A stretch of DNA of 64,000 nucleotides from Azolla caroliniana (Eukaryota > Plantae > Polypodiophyta). The position numbers were made by a program, and so were the translations under genes. The stretch lies in assembly GCA_043228905.1 (NCBI GenBank), contig JBHGNT010000018.1:6014001-6078000 (forward strand), written 5' to 3'. The notes beneath the pieces are model-generated. The model ran no database searches and was not told the DNA's origin. It saw nothing but the letters and a program-made list of their open reading frames with translations. Positions 49,401 to 63,589 of this stretch are shown here, one piece after another. The first letter of the stretch is position 1. Each line of letters opens with the position of its first letter.

Positions 49401-50183
49401 ATGACCACAGCCGGAAGTTGTGGGTCTCTCACCATTGAAGACGAAGGCTCAGGTGCTATCCGTCCTCAAGGAGCTCCACGCGAGAGTGGAAAGAGAAACC
49501 AGTCGGAAGCAGAAGGCGGTTCGAACAGATAACGGAGGAGAATACCGGGGGCAGTTCGAGGAGTATTGCTGGTCGAAGGGAATCCGGCTCGAGTTTACTG
49601 TGCCGAAGACGCTGGAACTAAACGGACTGGCCGAAAGGATGAACCGGACCATAATGGAGAGAGCCCAGAGCATGCTAGCACATGCAAAGTTACCCAAGAC
49701 GTTTTGGGCTGAGGCACTGACAACGGCGACCTATGTGATAAATGGATCACCCTCAGCACCCTTGGAAGGAGACTCACCTCAGAAAGTATGGACCGGTAAA
49801 GATGTATCTTACCGGTATCTAAAGGTGTTCGAATGTCTCACATATGTACATGTTGCAAAGGACAAGAGAGCAAAGCTGGATACGAAGTCTAGGCCAATCC
49901 AGGCTAGTCCAGGCCATGCATATTCCTAGGATACGGCGATGATGAGTTCGATCATCGGGTGTGGGATCTGGTCGACAAGAAGGTGTTCCGGAGTCGAGAC
50001 ACATTCTTCATGGAAGATAGGACCAATGCCGACTTGGAGTTGGAGAAGGTGATGAACTCCAGATCATTCATTGAAAACCGGCTCGAGGACACAAGGACTT
50101 ATCCGGTTGAAAACCGAACACTAGCCGGTAACCGAATGACACTCGACGAACCGACCGGATACGGACAAGAAACCGAACCGACT

Positions 50184-50215
<32 letters not shown>

Positions 50216-52471
50216 CATCGGAACCGGACAAGATCCCGAATCGGATTCGGATTCGGAACAAACGAAGGAATCGGCAGTCAAAAACCAGGGACAGAGATAT
50301 CCTCTCCAAGAGAGAAGAGCCCCCCGAAGATTTCCGGATGCAGAGCATGTGTTGCTAACCGATGAGGGGGAGCCGGAAAGCTTCAAAGAAGCAAAGAGAG
50401 ACACCCACAGCTGCAAGTGGTTGAGTGCCATGCAGGATGAGATGGATTCCCTGCATGAGAATCACACATATGAACTGACGGAGTTGCTAAAAGGGAAGAG
50501 ACCACTCCGGAACAAGTGGGTGTACAAGTTGAAACCGGGAGATGCGGGAAATCCACCCAGGTATAAGGCCCGAATCGTGGTGAAGGGCTTCCAGCAGAAG
50601 AAAGGAGTGGATTTCGATGAGATCGTTGCCCTAGTAGTAAAGATGACATCCATCCGGACAGTATTGGGCATAGCTCCAAGCATGGACCTCGAGGTAGAGC
50701 AACTGGACATCAAGACGACATTCCCACATGGCGACCTCGAAGAAGAGATCTACATGCATCAACCGGAAGGATTTGAAAGGATAGGGAAGGAGCACCTGGT
50801 GTGCCGTTTGAAGAAGAGCCTATACGGACTGAAGCAAGCCCCCTAGCAATGGTACCGGATGTTTGACTCCTTCATGACTGACCAAGGGTACCACAAAACG
50901 CAAGCCGATCACTATGTGTTTGTGAAGAAATTTGACAGAGGAGATTTCCTTATACTCCTATATGTGGATGATATGTTGATCATCGGATGAGACCAAGGCA
51001 AGATTCGGATGCCGAAGAAGGCTTTGAACCGGACCTTCTCAATGAAAGACTTGGGTCCGGCAAAACAGATATTGGGAATGCACATCATCCGAGACCGGTT
51101 GACGAAGTTGTTGTGGTTGTCATAGGAGAAGTATCTGACAAAGGTGCTTCAACGGTTCAACATGTTGGAGGCGAAACCGGTCGGATCGACACTTCCGGAA
51201 AACTACAAGCTATCCGGAAAACAAAGCCCAAGGACAAAGGCGAAGAAGACGGATATGATGAAGATACCATATGCCTCTGCCGTCGGGATCTTGATGTATG
51301 CAATGGTATGTAACCGGCCGGATATCGGATATGCAATCGGAGTGGTGAGCCGGTTCATGAGCAATCCCGGAAGAGAGCACTAGAACGCGGTCAAGTGGAT
51401 ACTCTGGTATCTGAAAGGCACCTCGAGTATGTGCCTCCGGTTCGGCTCTGGTAATCCCCAACTTGACGGATTCATGGATTCGGATATGTCGGCTGATGCG
51501 AATACCAGCCAGTCTACATCCGGATATGTCATGACCTATGCAGGGGGAGCTGTTTCGTGGCAGTCAAGGTTGCAGAAGACGGTTGCATTGTCAACCACGA
51601 AGGCAGAGTACATGGCAGTTGTAGAAGCCGGCAAGGAGATAGTCTGGATGAAGGACTTCATCGGAGAGCTAGGGATCCAATAGGAGGAATATCGGTTTTA
51701 CTGCAATAGTCAAAGTGTCATCCATCTTGCAAAGAATGCGGCCTACCATTCCCGGACGAAACATATCCAGCGGGGTACCACTGGATCCGGGAGAGAGTAG
51801 AAGATCAAGAGTTCGTGCTGATGAAGATCCACACGGAGGAGAACGGGTCGGACATGCTGACCAAAGTCCTGACAACCGACAAGTTGGACGCGTGCCAAAA
51901 GCGGATCGGGTTGACAAGATATCCCATGACGGAGTGAAGGGGGAGATTGTTGGGAAATCGGTTTCTCCAGATGGGATCCGGCGATGAATAAAGAGGACCC
52001 AGTGAGAACTGGAAGAGATCTGGAAGAGAAGACATATCTGTAAATATGTTTTCAGTAAGCCTATTGAGGCTACATTTGTAAATAGCCCTAAGTTCATATA
52101 AGTATAAATATGACTTAGGGCAATCACTTTGTAAGGTCGTAGTAGTCATACTATTGTAATTGTTGTACAAAAGAGAATGATAGAGAGGGAGAGAGAGATA
52201 CAGAGCGATACTCTGTTGTAACCGCCGCTTGGCGAAGAAACCGAGCTCAAGGCCATTGCCTACGAGTCTTTGATTGAACCCCTTCTCTTCATAGTGATAG
52301 TTCAGAGTCTGTGGGCTCCCGTGGTTTTTCCCTATTAGGTTTTTCCACGTAAACACTCTGTGTATTTCCTTTGTGTACTCTCCATTTCCCATTTCTGTGT
52401 GTTTTTCACTCTCATAGAAGTGATTCAAGACTCGGTTGTGGCCGAGCAATATTTCGCGCTAATCCCCTAAA
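46442..52471 (+). mobile_element. Full-length degenerate Ty1/Copia element (LTRs 46442-46993 and 51948-52471)
   Basis: 5-bp TSD CTTTC; PBS TGGTATCAGAG at 46996; PPT GTGAAGGGGGAGAT. Gag LLLGSLPDSWE, PR WVVDSGASFH, IN RTDNGGEY/NGLAERMNRT, RT and RNase H motifs with many stops and frameshifts. Confidence 0.94.
47775..48651. mobile_element. Solo LTR nested in the Copia gag
   Basis: Ends TGTCATGA...TCACGACA with a 4-bp TSD CCGG; interrupts the gag zinc-knuckle region. Confidence 0.88.
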
Positions 52472-54289
52472 CTTTCCTCCTCTTATTCCTCTACATTCTT
52501 GTTGAATAATGTGAGTAGGGTTGTGAACAAATTGTTGCCAATTACTAAGTGATGAGGCAAAAGATGAGTCCACTTGAGCCCAATTTAATCTGACTCTCCT
52601 CCCCAACATAGACCCTTCAACATCTAGAAATAAAGGATTCCAAACCAATGGCTAATGTAACCATTCATCCATCGACGTGGGTCGGACTTGTTGCAAGTTA
52701 TCCTTTATGGACCACCAGGCTCGCTTTATCGCAGCGAAGAATCTATCATTTTGAAAGACTATCTTATGCGAATGAAAGTTAGGAATAAACCACCATCATA
52801 GCGACCTTGTCCATTCACCTCCAGTTTTCGGGAATACCTCTTCCACGGCTCATTTCCTGGCAGTAATCCTCGTACAATAAATTTTGCCAATAATGCCTTA
52901 CATTCTTTATGGACCACCAGGCTCGCTTTATCGCAGCGAAGAATCTATCATTTTGAAAGACTATCTTATGCGAATGAAAGTTAGGAATAAACCACCATCA
53001 TAGCGACCTTGTCCATTCACCTCCAGTTTTCGGGAAGACCTCTTCCACGGCTCATTTCCTGACAGTAATCCTCGTACAATAAATTTTGCCAATAATGCCT
53101 TACATTGTATCAGAGGATCTACCAAACCTAAACCCCCTTGAGAAGTCGGCGCTATAATAGTCTTCCAAGATACCTTTGGTCTAACATAATTAAAATTAGT
53201 AGATCCCCATAAAAAATTCAGTAGACGTGTCGCTAATAATTTAGCCTCCATTTCTTAATATCATCCACAACACCTTCTATTTTTTGAATCAAATAAACCA
53301 TTCCTTCATTCCATTCAGCAGGCATCCTTCCCAATTTAAAAACTTCTTGTAAAGAGGATGTGAAAACATCGGCTATATCATCCCAATATTCTAAAAACAA
53401 TTCTGGTGATAATCCATCATTTCCTGGGCATACATTCTTCCCAACAACTACTAATGCACCTCTTACCTCTGTAGAAGAGATTGCCTTAACCAATGCTTCG
53501 GCCATCTCATTTGAGACCTTATGTTCTAGACAGTCCAAAACTATTTTCCTTTTTTGGAGTTGTTGAACTGAAAATTGTTGGGTATTTAGTAGATTTTTAT
53601 AAAAGGACGTAGCAATGTCTCTCATTTCATTAATGTCTTTCATAATAGACCCATCTTCCCTGTCAAGTTGTCTCACACAGCCCCTTGAATGACCATCTTT
53701 ATAATATGCGAAAAATTCGGCATTCACATTATCACCTAATCTAGCCCATTTCGCACAAGCAGCATGAAACTTTGTTTGAGATATCTTATCTTCTAAATTT
53801 GTTAGCTCATTTCTTAAGTGACCCGATTCCATTTCAAACCAAGATGCATGTGGACATTTTTCTTGAAAATGCTGAAGAGACTTCAAAGCCCTCCGATTAG
53901 CAACCATTTGTAATTTACATTTCTCCATAGTCTTGAATACTTGCAATTTAAGAAATTTCGTTGTACTCTGAATAGCAAAATTAAACATTTGCAAGACATT
54001 TTCAGAACCTGGTGTATTTTGTACTTTCCACATATGTAAAATATCATGTCTAAGAGATGTATCTAAATAAATCCATTTTGGAATACGATCACAATTATTG
54101 TTATGATATGGTTGTTTTCCAACAACCATAATCACGGGTGCATGATCTGAGAATAAAGAGCCTGATACACTACCAATCTCCCCACCCTTTCCAACAAGAA
54201 AAACATCAATGTATATTCTATCCAACCGTGACAGATTTACCCCTTGTTGTCTTCTATCTAATCGAGAGAAACTTGATGAATCTTTTGGT

Positions 54290-57200
54290 GTACAATTGAC
54301 AGGACGAACACTTGGATCACCTCCGGTTATGCTTGGAGAAATGTTGGGAATACCGACTGAGCCTGAATCCGGCAAAGTGCGTGTTCGGAGTAACAAGTGG
54401 CAACCTATTGGGCCACATTGTGAGTGAGGAAATTGCGGTGGACCCCAACAAGGTGAGGGCAATCCTGGAAGCACTCGCACCAAATAACGCAAAAGCCCTG
54501 AGCCAGTTTTTAAGACAAATCCGATGGCATAGCCAAATGTTACAGCACTTGGTTGACTTCGCGACACCACTACATGCAGCAGTGCACCGATTGCCCTTTC
54601 AATGGGCAGAGCCGGAGGAAAAGGCCTATCAAGCATTAAAGGTAATGTTGTCACAAGCCCTGGTGGTGCAACCTCCTGACTGGATGAAGAGTTTCTATGT
54701 GTTTGTCGATGCATCAGACGTAGCAATCAGTAGTGTCCTTATGCAACTCACCGAACCAAAGTGGTACTAGTCGGTGTAATATGCAAGCTGGAAGCTCTCG
54801 AAGGCCGAATGCAACTACTCCAAAATGGAAAGGGAGGCTCTCGGAATGGTGTATAGTGTAACCAAGTACTGACACTACTTGCTAGGGCGGAAGTTTTCAT
54901 TTCACGTGGATCACTCAGCATTGGTTTACTAGGTGTCTAAGGCATCTCTAACCAAGAAAATAGTAAGATGGACACTATTGTTGCAGGAATTTGAGTTTGA
55001 CATCTAGAATCGACCCGGGGCGCAGCACACAGTAGCCGATTACTTGAGCCGGCTAGAATTCGACTAATCAGGAGAAGGAGTACGAGATGAGTTCCCCGAT
55101 GCCGAGTTATTCAGGGTAACAACAGAACCAGCAACCGACTCAACAGTTGCTGAGGAGGACAAGTGGCTTACAAACATGCATCAATTCCTGAGCACCAGAT
55201 TACCTCCCGACAAAATGGATCAGGATGAACGGAAGAGATTAGCGGTCTGAGGCCACCACTTTTGCCTCATCCAGGATACCCTACATCACAAAGGGGCAAA
55301 CGGAATCTGGCGGCGGGCGGTGCGTAGCGACGAAAAAGAAACGATTTTAAGAGAAGCTGGAGGCCAATATGCCGGCGACGCGGCAGCCCGCAAGATATGG
55401 CAAAGCGGGTTATGGTGGTCGAAAACCTTAAAGATGCCATCGAGTACGGTAAGGAATGTGACCTCTGCCAACGATTAGGCCAACCAACGGAGCAGGCCCG
55501 AATGCCCCATCACCCGACTGAAGCCGTACAAAGGATAGATGCCGGAAAATCCGTTTAAAGACGAAGAGAACCCACAAAATACCGAAAACCGGACAAAAGG
55601 CGGCATGACACTGTCAGAAAGCGGGGAGACACTGGAGGCACCGGAGGCAAACGATTTGGTTGAACCAGGCACCACCGACAAGTAAGGTCATCCAATTAAA
55701 AAGAAAGAAAGAAAGAAAGAAAAGTAGTCATAAAAAGACAGTCATCATGCAAAAAGGTGGAGGAAGCAAAAGGTGGGACGACTATTATTAGGGCGAAAGA
55801 TATTGCGAACAGACGCCAGTGAACAAGTGGGATGCGGCTATTTAAAGCGTAGGACCAGGGTACACATACTGTTAAGTAATTAGGTAATTAACTAGGGTTA
55901 ATTAGAGACTAATTATATGGTTACGTTAAGCAGCGGAAGATTAGTATGATATGCGCGTGAGAGTGTGTGAGAGGAAGAGAGAGAGAGAGGAAGTTACACT
56001 TGAACACAAAGATAAATGGGGGATGATTGACTATATTGAAAAGTGTTATCAACATACAAAAATACCCACAATGAGGTATATATACAACCCATGTGCAAAG
56101 GTGCACATGTGTGGGTAGAACATAGGTACTTATGTGTAAGTCCTATATTAAATGTACTAAGGAGTGGAGGATCTAGAATATCCCACTTAAGTACAAGGTC
56201 CTATTTAAAGGCTTAAGGTCAACGCATTAACTAGATTCGATCTAGGTAACTACTAAGTTACATGTGTTGACTAACTAGATTAAACTAGTTGAGCTTGATA
56301 TCTCAACACATACTAATTATGGTCTGAAGCATGCATGCGCGGGAACTGAGAACTGACGGTTCAAGACGATGGGGGTACAAAATCAAAGGCCAAACAAGGG
56401 AATGGCCCTTAAAGAACTTCGATTGTAGCGAGCGCAGAAAAGCACACGAACCCTTAGACACACAGAGCACAGCCCCCTCGCAGAGAAGCACACTGACAGT
56501 GACGAAGAAGACTCAGGTCCCATGGCGCTCTCCAACACAACACGCGAATGGTTCACCAAGAACGGACTCGAGGGATTCCTTCCAATCGCAGACGCACCAC
56601 CGCATGAAGACCCGGAACAGGTCGCACCAGCGATCGACCTTGAAGAAATAACAAAGGGAACAATCCAGGCCCTCATGGGATTACAAGCGGGGGAACTTCG
56701 ATCGGTGGAGAGCCCATCCACCGAGACATTAATCGAGTATTTCGGTGAGTATCCCTCAGCAACAAGGCGTACCGAACGCAGGGGGGAGAAGACCCTCTAT
56801 TCTGGGAGGTGGCCCGGGTGCTGCTGGAATATGGGTTCATGCACTCACGACTGCTGGCCATACCAAAATACAGAACCGGATTCACTATAGCAGCGTACGA
56901 GGGGCTGAAGGTGGATTGGGTGAAGATCATTACCGAATGCTTGAAATCCGCCATAGAATCTGTGGCGGAAGGGAAGAAATCTTGGATAGGGGTAGCATAG
57001 TGGCTAACCTTATTAGTACACCCCGTCATCACCACCAAACCTAAAAAGAGGGGCCAACCGGAGACAACGCCAAAGAAAGCAACCAAGAGGCGACAACTCC
57101 TAGAAAAGCACACCCCGGGATGGACCTCAGAGGACACATCACAACAGGAGGAAGGCTAAACCAGTCGGAGACCAGAACCGAACGAGACAGACACAGAGAG

Positions 57201-59868
57201 ACCGGCTAAGCCAACTAACCAGGCACAAGAAGCGGAGGATACAGCTCCAACGGGAACAAAGCCAATCAAAATCCCACTGCGCCGGCAAGACCAAGAACCG
57301 GAGGACTTTATACACAAAATCCTCCTAGAGACCACAGAAGAAGAGGTTGAGGAGGAACTGGCCGAAACCTTAGAACGACACGCAAAGAAGCGGGGTCGGG
57401 AGCAGCAGGCGAAAGAACCGACTCCAACTGTGATGGTGGAAACCCAGGACAGAGAGGAACAGGGGAGCGGACAGAGCAAGGCACCAGCCGCCAACCGGCA
57501 CCGAGTAGGGAGCAAGTCCTTTCACCGGGTCTGAGTCCTAGGCAACCAGAACAACAGTCGGAGCCGCCACTAAACGAGGGCGCACAAAGCACCCCAACGG
57601 ATGGGGAAAAGCATGGGCTGGAACAGGGCACATGCCAACAATGGCTAAGATGGTTGGGGGAGCAAGTCGCCGGCGTGGCAGACCAACTGGTCGACGAACA
57701 AAGGCAGAATAGACACCTCATGCGCACAACTACCGAAGAACTGGAGAATGTCAGAGCCCAGATGCGGGGCATGGAAGAAGAGTTAACAAAGGCCAAGGAA
57801 TACGCGGACAGCATGGCCAACATGGGCCAACAAACAAGTGTCAACACAGAGCCGATCGGGTCGACAAGGAAGCAAAGGGCAACCCCGGAACCAGAATCGG
57901 AACCGGCGGTGGATACTGCCTTGAAAACCGGCACTGAGTCCGCCCAAGAACTAAGGACCTTAAGAGAGGAATTGGCCGCTAAGGAGGCACTAAGAGGAAA
58001 AGAAAGGGAACAAAAGAAATTGGCTGAGGAAGAACGACGGAGAGTCGAGCAGAACCTCCGAAAGAGCCACGTCAACAATGACCGGCTAAAGGAAGAAAGG
58101 GAAAAGTTGTTGCAGGAGAAGGATAAGCTCCACCGACAAGCTGAAACAGAAATAGAGCGGCTGAAAGAGGAGATCCAACAGCAGAAAGACAGGGAGGACC
58201 GGATGTGTTCCCAAGTAAATCTACGACTTAAGCAGAAGACTGAAGATTTTGATAAACCGTACCGGGAGCACAAGCAAACGGAGGCAGATTACAAGAGGCG
58301 GGGAGCAGAATTCGACCGGCAACAGGATAGATTGAAGGAGTTATTGAAGGAGGCACAAACAGACCTAGCACAGAAAATGGACGAGCTTGAGAAGAAAACG
58401 GAAGATTTGGCGGAGGAGAAGACAAAGGCGGTAGAAACGGCAAGGCTATTGGAAGAAGTGGCAAAGGAAAAGCTGGAGCTCAACAAGCAGCGGTTTGAGG
58501 AGGCGGAACATGCAAAGCTAGTGCTAAACAACCTCCAAACGACGTATCAGCACCAGGTGATTGGATATGAAAGCCAAGCCGCAAGTGTTGTTGCAATCAT
58601 AGTGAGGCCGAAAAGTGAGAAACAAGAGGCCGAAGAACTCGCCAAGCTCAGTGTGGATAGAATTCAGCAGATAATGTCGGCATGGAAGGATCGGACCCAG
58701 ACAAGCATCAATGAGTGTTCGGAGAAAGTATGGAAGGAGTGGTCACAGCAAGCGGTGGAACTATAGACATTCCAGGCAGATGTTGAGAACCGGAGGAAGG
58801 CCGGTGAAAAATTCTACAAGATGGATGAAGAAAGCACCGTCACCATAAGGGAAGAACTGTCGGAAAACTTCTTTTCCTTAGCCGAGGAGCATTTGGGAGC
58901 AGTCGGGGTCTTGTGGAAAGGTTGGATGACGACCAGCTCGACACTCAACTGCAATTGGAAAAGTACGAGCGGGAGCGTTAGCAGCAGGAAGTCGTGGAAC
59001 GAACGACGCTCATCACCATAAGTGATGAGGAGCAGCCGGCAAAAGGGGCCACAAAGGACACGGATGGGCCGCCACTAACGGCAACCGGTGAAGAGCCGAG
59101 GACCGCAACTGAAGCAAAGACAATCGCCGAAACGGAGGAGCAGCCCCCAAAGGAAGTCGGGGAAACAATAGAAGCAACTGTAGCAGTAGAGCACCCGGTT
59201 GATACCGGTGATAGAAGAGATCCCGACGCCGAAGCAGACCAACAAGCACCGGAGGAGAGCGAAGCTGGAGAACCGATACAACAAGAGCCAACGAGAGTTG
59301 AAGAACCGGAGCAGCCACTCCAACCAGCTTCGGACAAAGCGGCAGGGGCAGAGCAGCAGCAGAACGAAGTACCACTCGACCCTCTGGAGCAAAGTCTGTT
59401 GGATATTTTGGTCGAAGAGTGAGGCAGTTGTGTGGGTTCGAAGTGCAACGCACTTTCCCACGGGTGTGCCATGTGTTGGCCGGTTAAGGGCCAAAGGATA
59501 AATGGGAAAAGGGCGAGTCGGAGAAATATATATAATAATTTAGAAATAAATAGAATTAGTATTCAGAGGGATGGATCCGGTATAGTTGCACTGATCCGGG
59601 TCCGAACCGATTTGTAGCCGGTTGCCGATAGGGCACCGTTTTGTAATGACACCGGATTCCTATAAAAGGATCTGACCCGATGTAATGTTTACAGAAGTAA
59701 TAGAAGATTACATATATTGATTAATTAATGTTCGTGTCTTGTATACTTGCCATCTGTGGTTAATATTAACATCTTACGCGTGTGAATTACAAAAACATCC
59801 TAACCCTACCACCCCTTTGGAGAAGTGTTCCGGAAGAGGACACCTTGTGTTGTGGCTAGTTAGGCCAA
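54290..59868 (+). mobile_element. 5'-truncated degenerate Gypsy element (RT end, RNase H, partial IN), long 3' extra ORF region and putative 3' LTR (~59474-59868)
   Basis: LSLNPAKCVFGVTSGNLLGHIVS, VFVDASDVAI, integrase zinc-finger remnant. Broken sense-strand coiled-coil ORFs at 56522-59422. LTR-like TGTTGGCC...GGCCAA with CCTATAAAAGG. Confidence 0.75.
55870..56308. mobile_element. Solo LTR
   Basis: TGTTAAG...CTCAACA flanked by a 5-bp TSD CATAC. Confidence 0.85.
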
Positions 59869-59869
59869 G

Positions 59870-60130
59870 GATCAACAACTATCCAAGTGTGGGTTGTCCC
59901 AATGTGGGTACGAGATGTGCAATCATTCTGCCAATTTTTATCGTTGCTTCATCAAAGGATTCTCAGTGATTGCACAACCTCTCATTGCTCTTACCCGCAA
60001 GGATGCTACTTTAGAATGGACAATAACTGCACAAAAGGCATTCGACTTGCTGAAACAAGGCTTTACTATGGCACCAGTCCTCTTACATCCTGACCCCACT
60101 AAGACTTTTCAAGTCGAAACGGATGCTATG
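59870..60130 (+). mobile_element. Gypsy RT-RNase H junction fragment
   Basis: [24 protein letters not shown]...[25 protein letters not shown]. Confidence 0.8.
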
Positions 60131-63100
60131 ATTAAGCATGTTCTAATATATGAAGGCAATTGTTGCATTTTGTTTAAATGATACAATATTTGTATTGATG
60201 CTTGTTAGAGGAAGGATAATATTTGAAGAAAGCTTCAATAGAATTAGCCAAGAAAATGTAAAATTTCTGATATTGAAGAATGTGTTTGCCATTATGAAAC
60301 AAATTGACTTTAGTTTAATCCATAAACATTCCTTATAGAGAGATGTAATACCTAAGAAACTAGACATGGACTTGATCAAATTGACACCTCTAGCTTGGCA
60401 AACTATCCATGCTCTCAAAGTTTCTAGAGAACTTGTCACTCTCTTATGTTCATAGAGAGTTTTGGAGTAAATAAGACTACCATCCTAATAGATGGTAACA
60501 AAGTACCTAGAGAATATTGGATAATATAATTAGTTGTAAACTGATAGAACCACCAAAGCATCATTAAAAAATCCAAAAGGCATAAATGTGTACTCAACAT
60601 GGTACTAAGTATGAATCGCTATCTTTCATTCTTAACCTTCATATATGTAAATTAGATTGCATGCAAAGATATGTTCCAACAATTCCAAGGCTAGAGGAAG
60701 CAAATATCAATTGCACAAAAAATTTGTTGCAGCCAAAAATAATCAACCTATTATGCATTCAAGCAAAGGTATTTCCAAAACTACTTGAGCATGTAAACTA
60801 ATGACGAGATTGAAGGTAAAGGTGTGAGACTCCTCAAAATCCCAGAGAGGTGGAATACATTATACGAATGGTCCAAAAATAATATTGCCACCATCAATCA
60901 CATCAATGATGCTTGATTGCTTTAGCTTCCTTTTAGGCATTGAGTGCTTAGAAGTAGATACATTATCCATGAGTCAAGAAGAACCAAAACATATAATGAA
61001 AAAACTTTTATCTCCAACAACACTGAGAGTACGAACTCCTTTCAAACCCAATCAGAAAGGATAAAAGAATCACCAAAAGTACAGGCAGCCAAACAAATAC
61101 TCAATAGATGAGAGACTATTGGGCCCTGATGTTTTCTATCACACTGGATGGTTAAATTGGGCATCCATTGATCTGATACTTCGTAATACAAAATTAGATC
61201 GACCTCTCTCTCTAACATTGCTTTTCAAAACAACATTACAAACGGTATGTAAGCAAATGATCCTCTTGCATTGAAACCCAACTATTTGCCTTTAAAAATG
61301 CAATTGGAGCATGAGAAGAAAGTTATGTGATGTTCATGTAAACCTACCAAAAGAACACTAAAATACCATGAAGGTCATAACACAAACGAATCTTGGTAAG
61401 AGAGATTCACAATTTCGTGTTGAACCTGATCTTAGGCCAATGCACCAAGGCTCCATATACTGTGGGCAAGTTGGCAGAGGGATTCACAACCTAATTGCTT
61501 GATCAATGCACTTAAGTTAGCATTAAATCTGATTGCTAGACCAATACATTAAGGCTCCATATAGTGTGGGAGTCTTGGTAGACAGTTATCTAAATGAGCT
61601 CAAGGAACAAAAACAACATAGGGATTATTTATCACCAAATGGCAATTGAAGCCCTATAAGGAACTTCCGCTTTTTTTTTAGAAAACTAGGCCCTTTTAGA
61701 AATATTGGATAGTGGGAATATAAAAATAAATTGGCATATCCATCAATACAAAGCATGGAGGATGTTTTATGATCCAGCCTCACGAGCTTCAAGTTTACAT
61801 GGAAAATTCTACTTGGTCTTGAAAAACTTGTCTTCGTGGATAACCAACATAAGATAAATCCACTTGGTTCTTGCAAGACTTATGTGTTTTATGAGAGAAC
61901 CATCGCGATTCCACTTGGGTCCTGCAACACTTCTGTCTTCATCATGGATCTCATGGGTAATATGCCCAAAGTTTACACTTATATGCATGTATTTTCATTC
62001 TTCATGTGCTCCTATTCTCAGCGTATAAGCTCTACATTCTCAACATATATTGTGTTCAAACTCGATCCTTGATAACAAGATAGAGTCTTGTCCTTGATAT
62101 AGAAGGCAACAAAATTGATTAATGTTTTCGTAAGCCCTAAGAATACCTAAACTCTAACAGTCATCACAAATCAGCTGCAAATTGATTCAAAAAAAAAATC
62201 AGAAGACCTTTCACTCAAATCATTGCTTCATTGAAAGTGGACAAGGGCATCTGTAGCAAATTGATTCCAAAAACAAAAGACCAAAAGGGAACTTTGCCTC
62301 AAATCATTTCTATTTTCTCCACTGAAAGTGAGCTAGAACATCTAGGACTCTGTGTGTCTCTTCTTGTCCATAGAAAGAAAAGATCCCGGTCCATAACTAC
62401 AAAATGTGCTGTACATCATAATATATGTATATATGATCTTGAGTGACACCATAGAAGCTGGCATCAGTTACAATGAATCCTACACTATGCTTAAACTACT
62501 GTCATGTTTTGAGCCGTTCAGCCAATATCGCAATTGAAGATAAACAACTATCTCACCATATTATATTATATGGTGAGGGGAAGAAGCCTCTAAGAGAACG
62601 GCAAAATATGTTATCGAGGAAACCTATTTGGTCATTATATCTTGACGCTTGAGTTGCAGTATATCTCCTTTGCTGTAGCATTATGCTGTCCTAGAAATTA
62701 TACCTGTTCATCATGCAATGTTAACATATCTTAGCTGTTAAAATAGTCAGAGTATCCAAGCTCATATCATTGTATGAGGTGGATATATTGACCAAAAAAA
62801 GATGCTATAAACAGGCATAATACATTATAAAGAAACTACCATAAACTTTTCATATGGAATTGAGACTTCATTTTACCTTTACTGTTGGAATTTTGATTGC
62901 TGAAATCGCAACAGCCATATCCGATCTTGAATGTAATACCTGCATGAAAATCAACCATTTCAGAATGTTAGTATGTTCAAATTTTACATACACAAGGAAA
63001 ATGAGAGTGGTATACTCTTGGCAAGCTTAAATTTTGAAATATATAACACCATGACTTACACACCGCTTAGAATGAAGTGACATATATTATATTACAAATG

Positions 63101-63589
63101 AAGCATAATGACACAATGAAATTCATGAAGATAGTCTCATACAAATGTACAGTATTATATAGCCTCTTTAAGTTATGGAGGATGGGCTTTTAAGCATATG
63201 CTTTCATACATTGAGATCATTTCCATGGTCTTTATACTCTATATTTACAAGAGGAAGCAGAAGCATTTCCACGGGGTGGATTCCATGGGGAAACCAAGAA
63301 TCTAGGGTCAGGTGAGAAAACAGGATAGAATCAATTTCAGCAAATACAAAGCAGTGGCAATGGATATTTACTGGTCTGATAAAGAAGAATATGCAGATTA
63401 TTGTGGGAATCAGATATGTAGGTAATCCGTTTAAACAACATTCTAAAGGGGGGAGAGAAGGAACAGAAAACTCAAAAGAAAACTATATTTGAAGGATTTC
63501 CGTGGAATGTAAGAGTAAGCGACCTCAACGAGGAAATCTACTTGAAGCAGAAGCTGAGAAGAGAGATACAAAAAAAGATCACATTTTCT

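Larger units (their letters stand above)
44395..54290 (-). mobile_element. Degenerate L1-type LINE (EN end, partial RT with core deleted, zf-RVT), split by a solo LTR and a Copia insertion
   Basis: SRLDRIY, SDHAPV, WARLGDNVNAEFF, CPGNDGLSPELFLEYWD, NFLWG..KVSW...GGLGL, FWKCLW..PKKIILFRWLM..CDFCG..ESLHQ. Pieces at 44395-44435, 45277-46441 and 52472-54290. Confidence 0.85.

Noticed and set aside
53233-54726. 497-aa minus-strand ORF as one gene
   Set aside because: Chance chimera: the first third is antisense to a Gypsy pol fragment and the rest is LINE ORF2 with the RT core deleted.
57308-59494. Long Ser/Leu/Phe-rich minus-strand ORFs
   Set aside because: Antisense shadows of the purine-rich coiled-coil ORFs on the plus strand.
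60143-60181. NCCILFK as the missing RING CCICL exon
   Set aside because: There is no CxxC spacing and no further RING ligands; a stop follows, in transposon debris.
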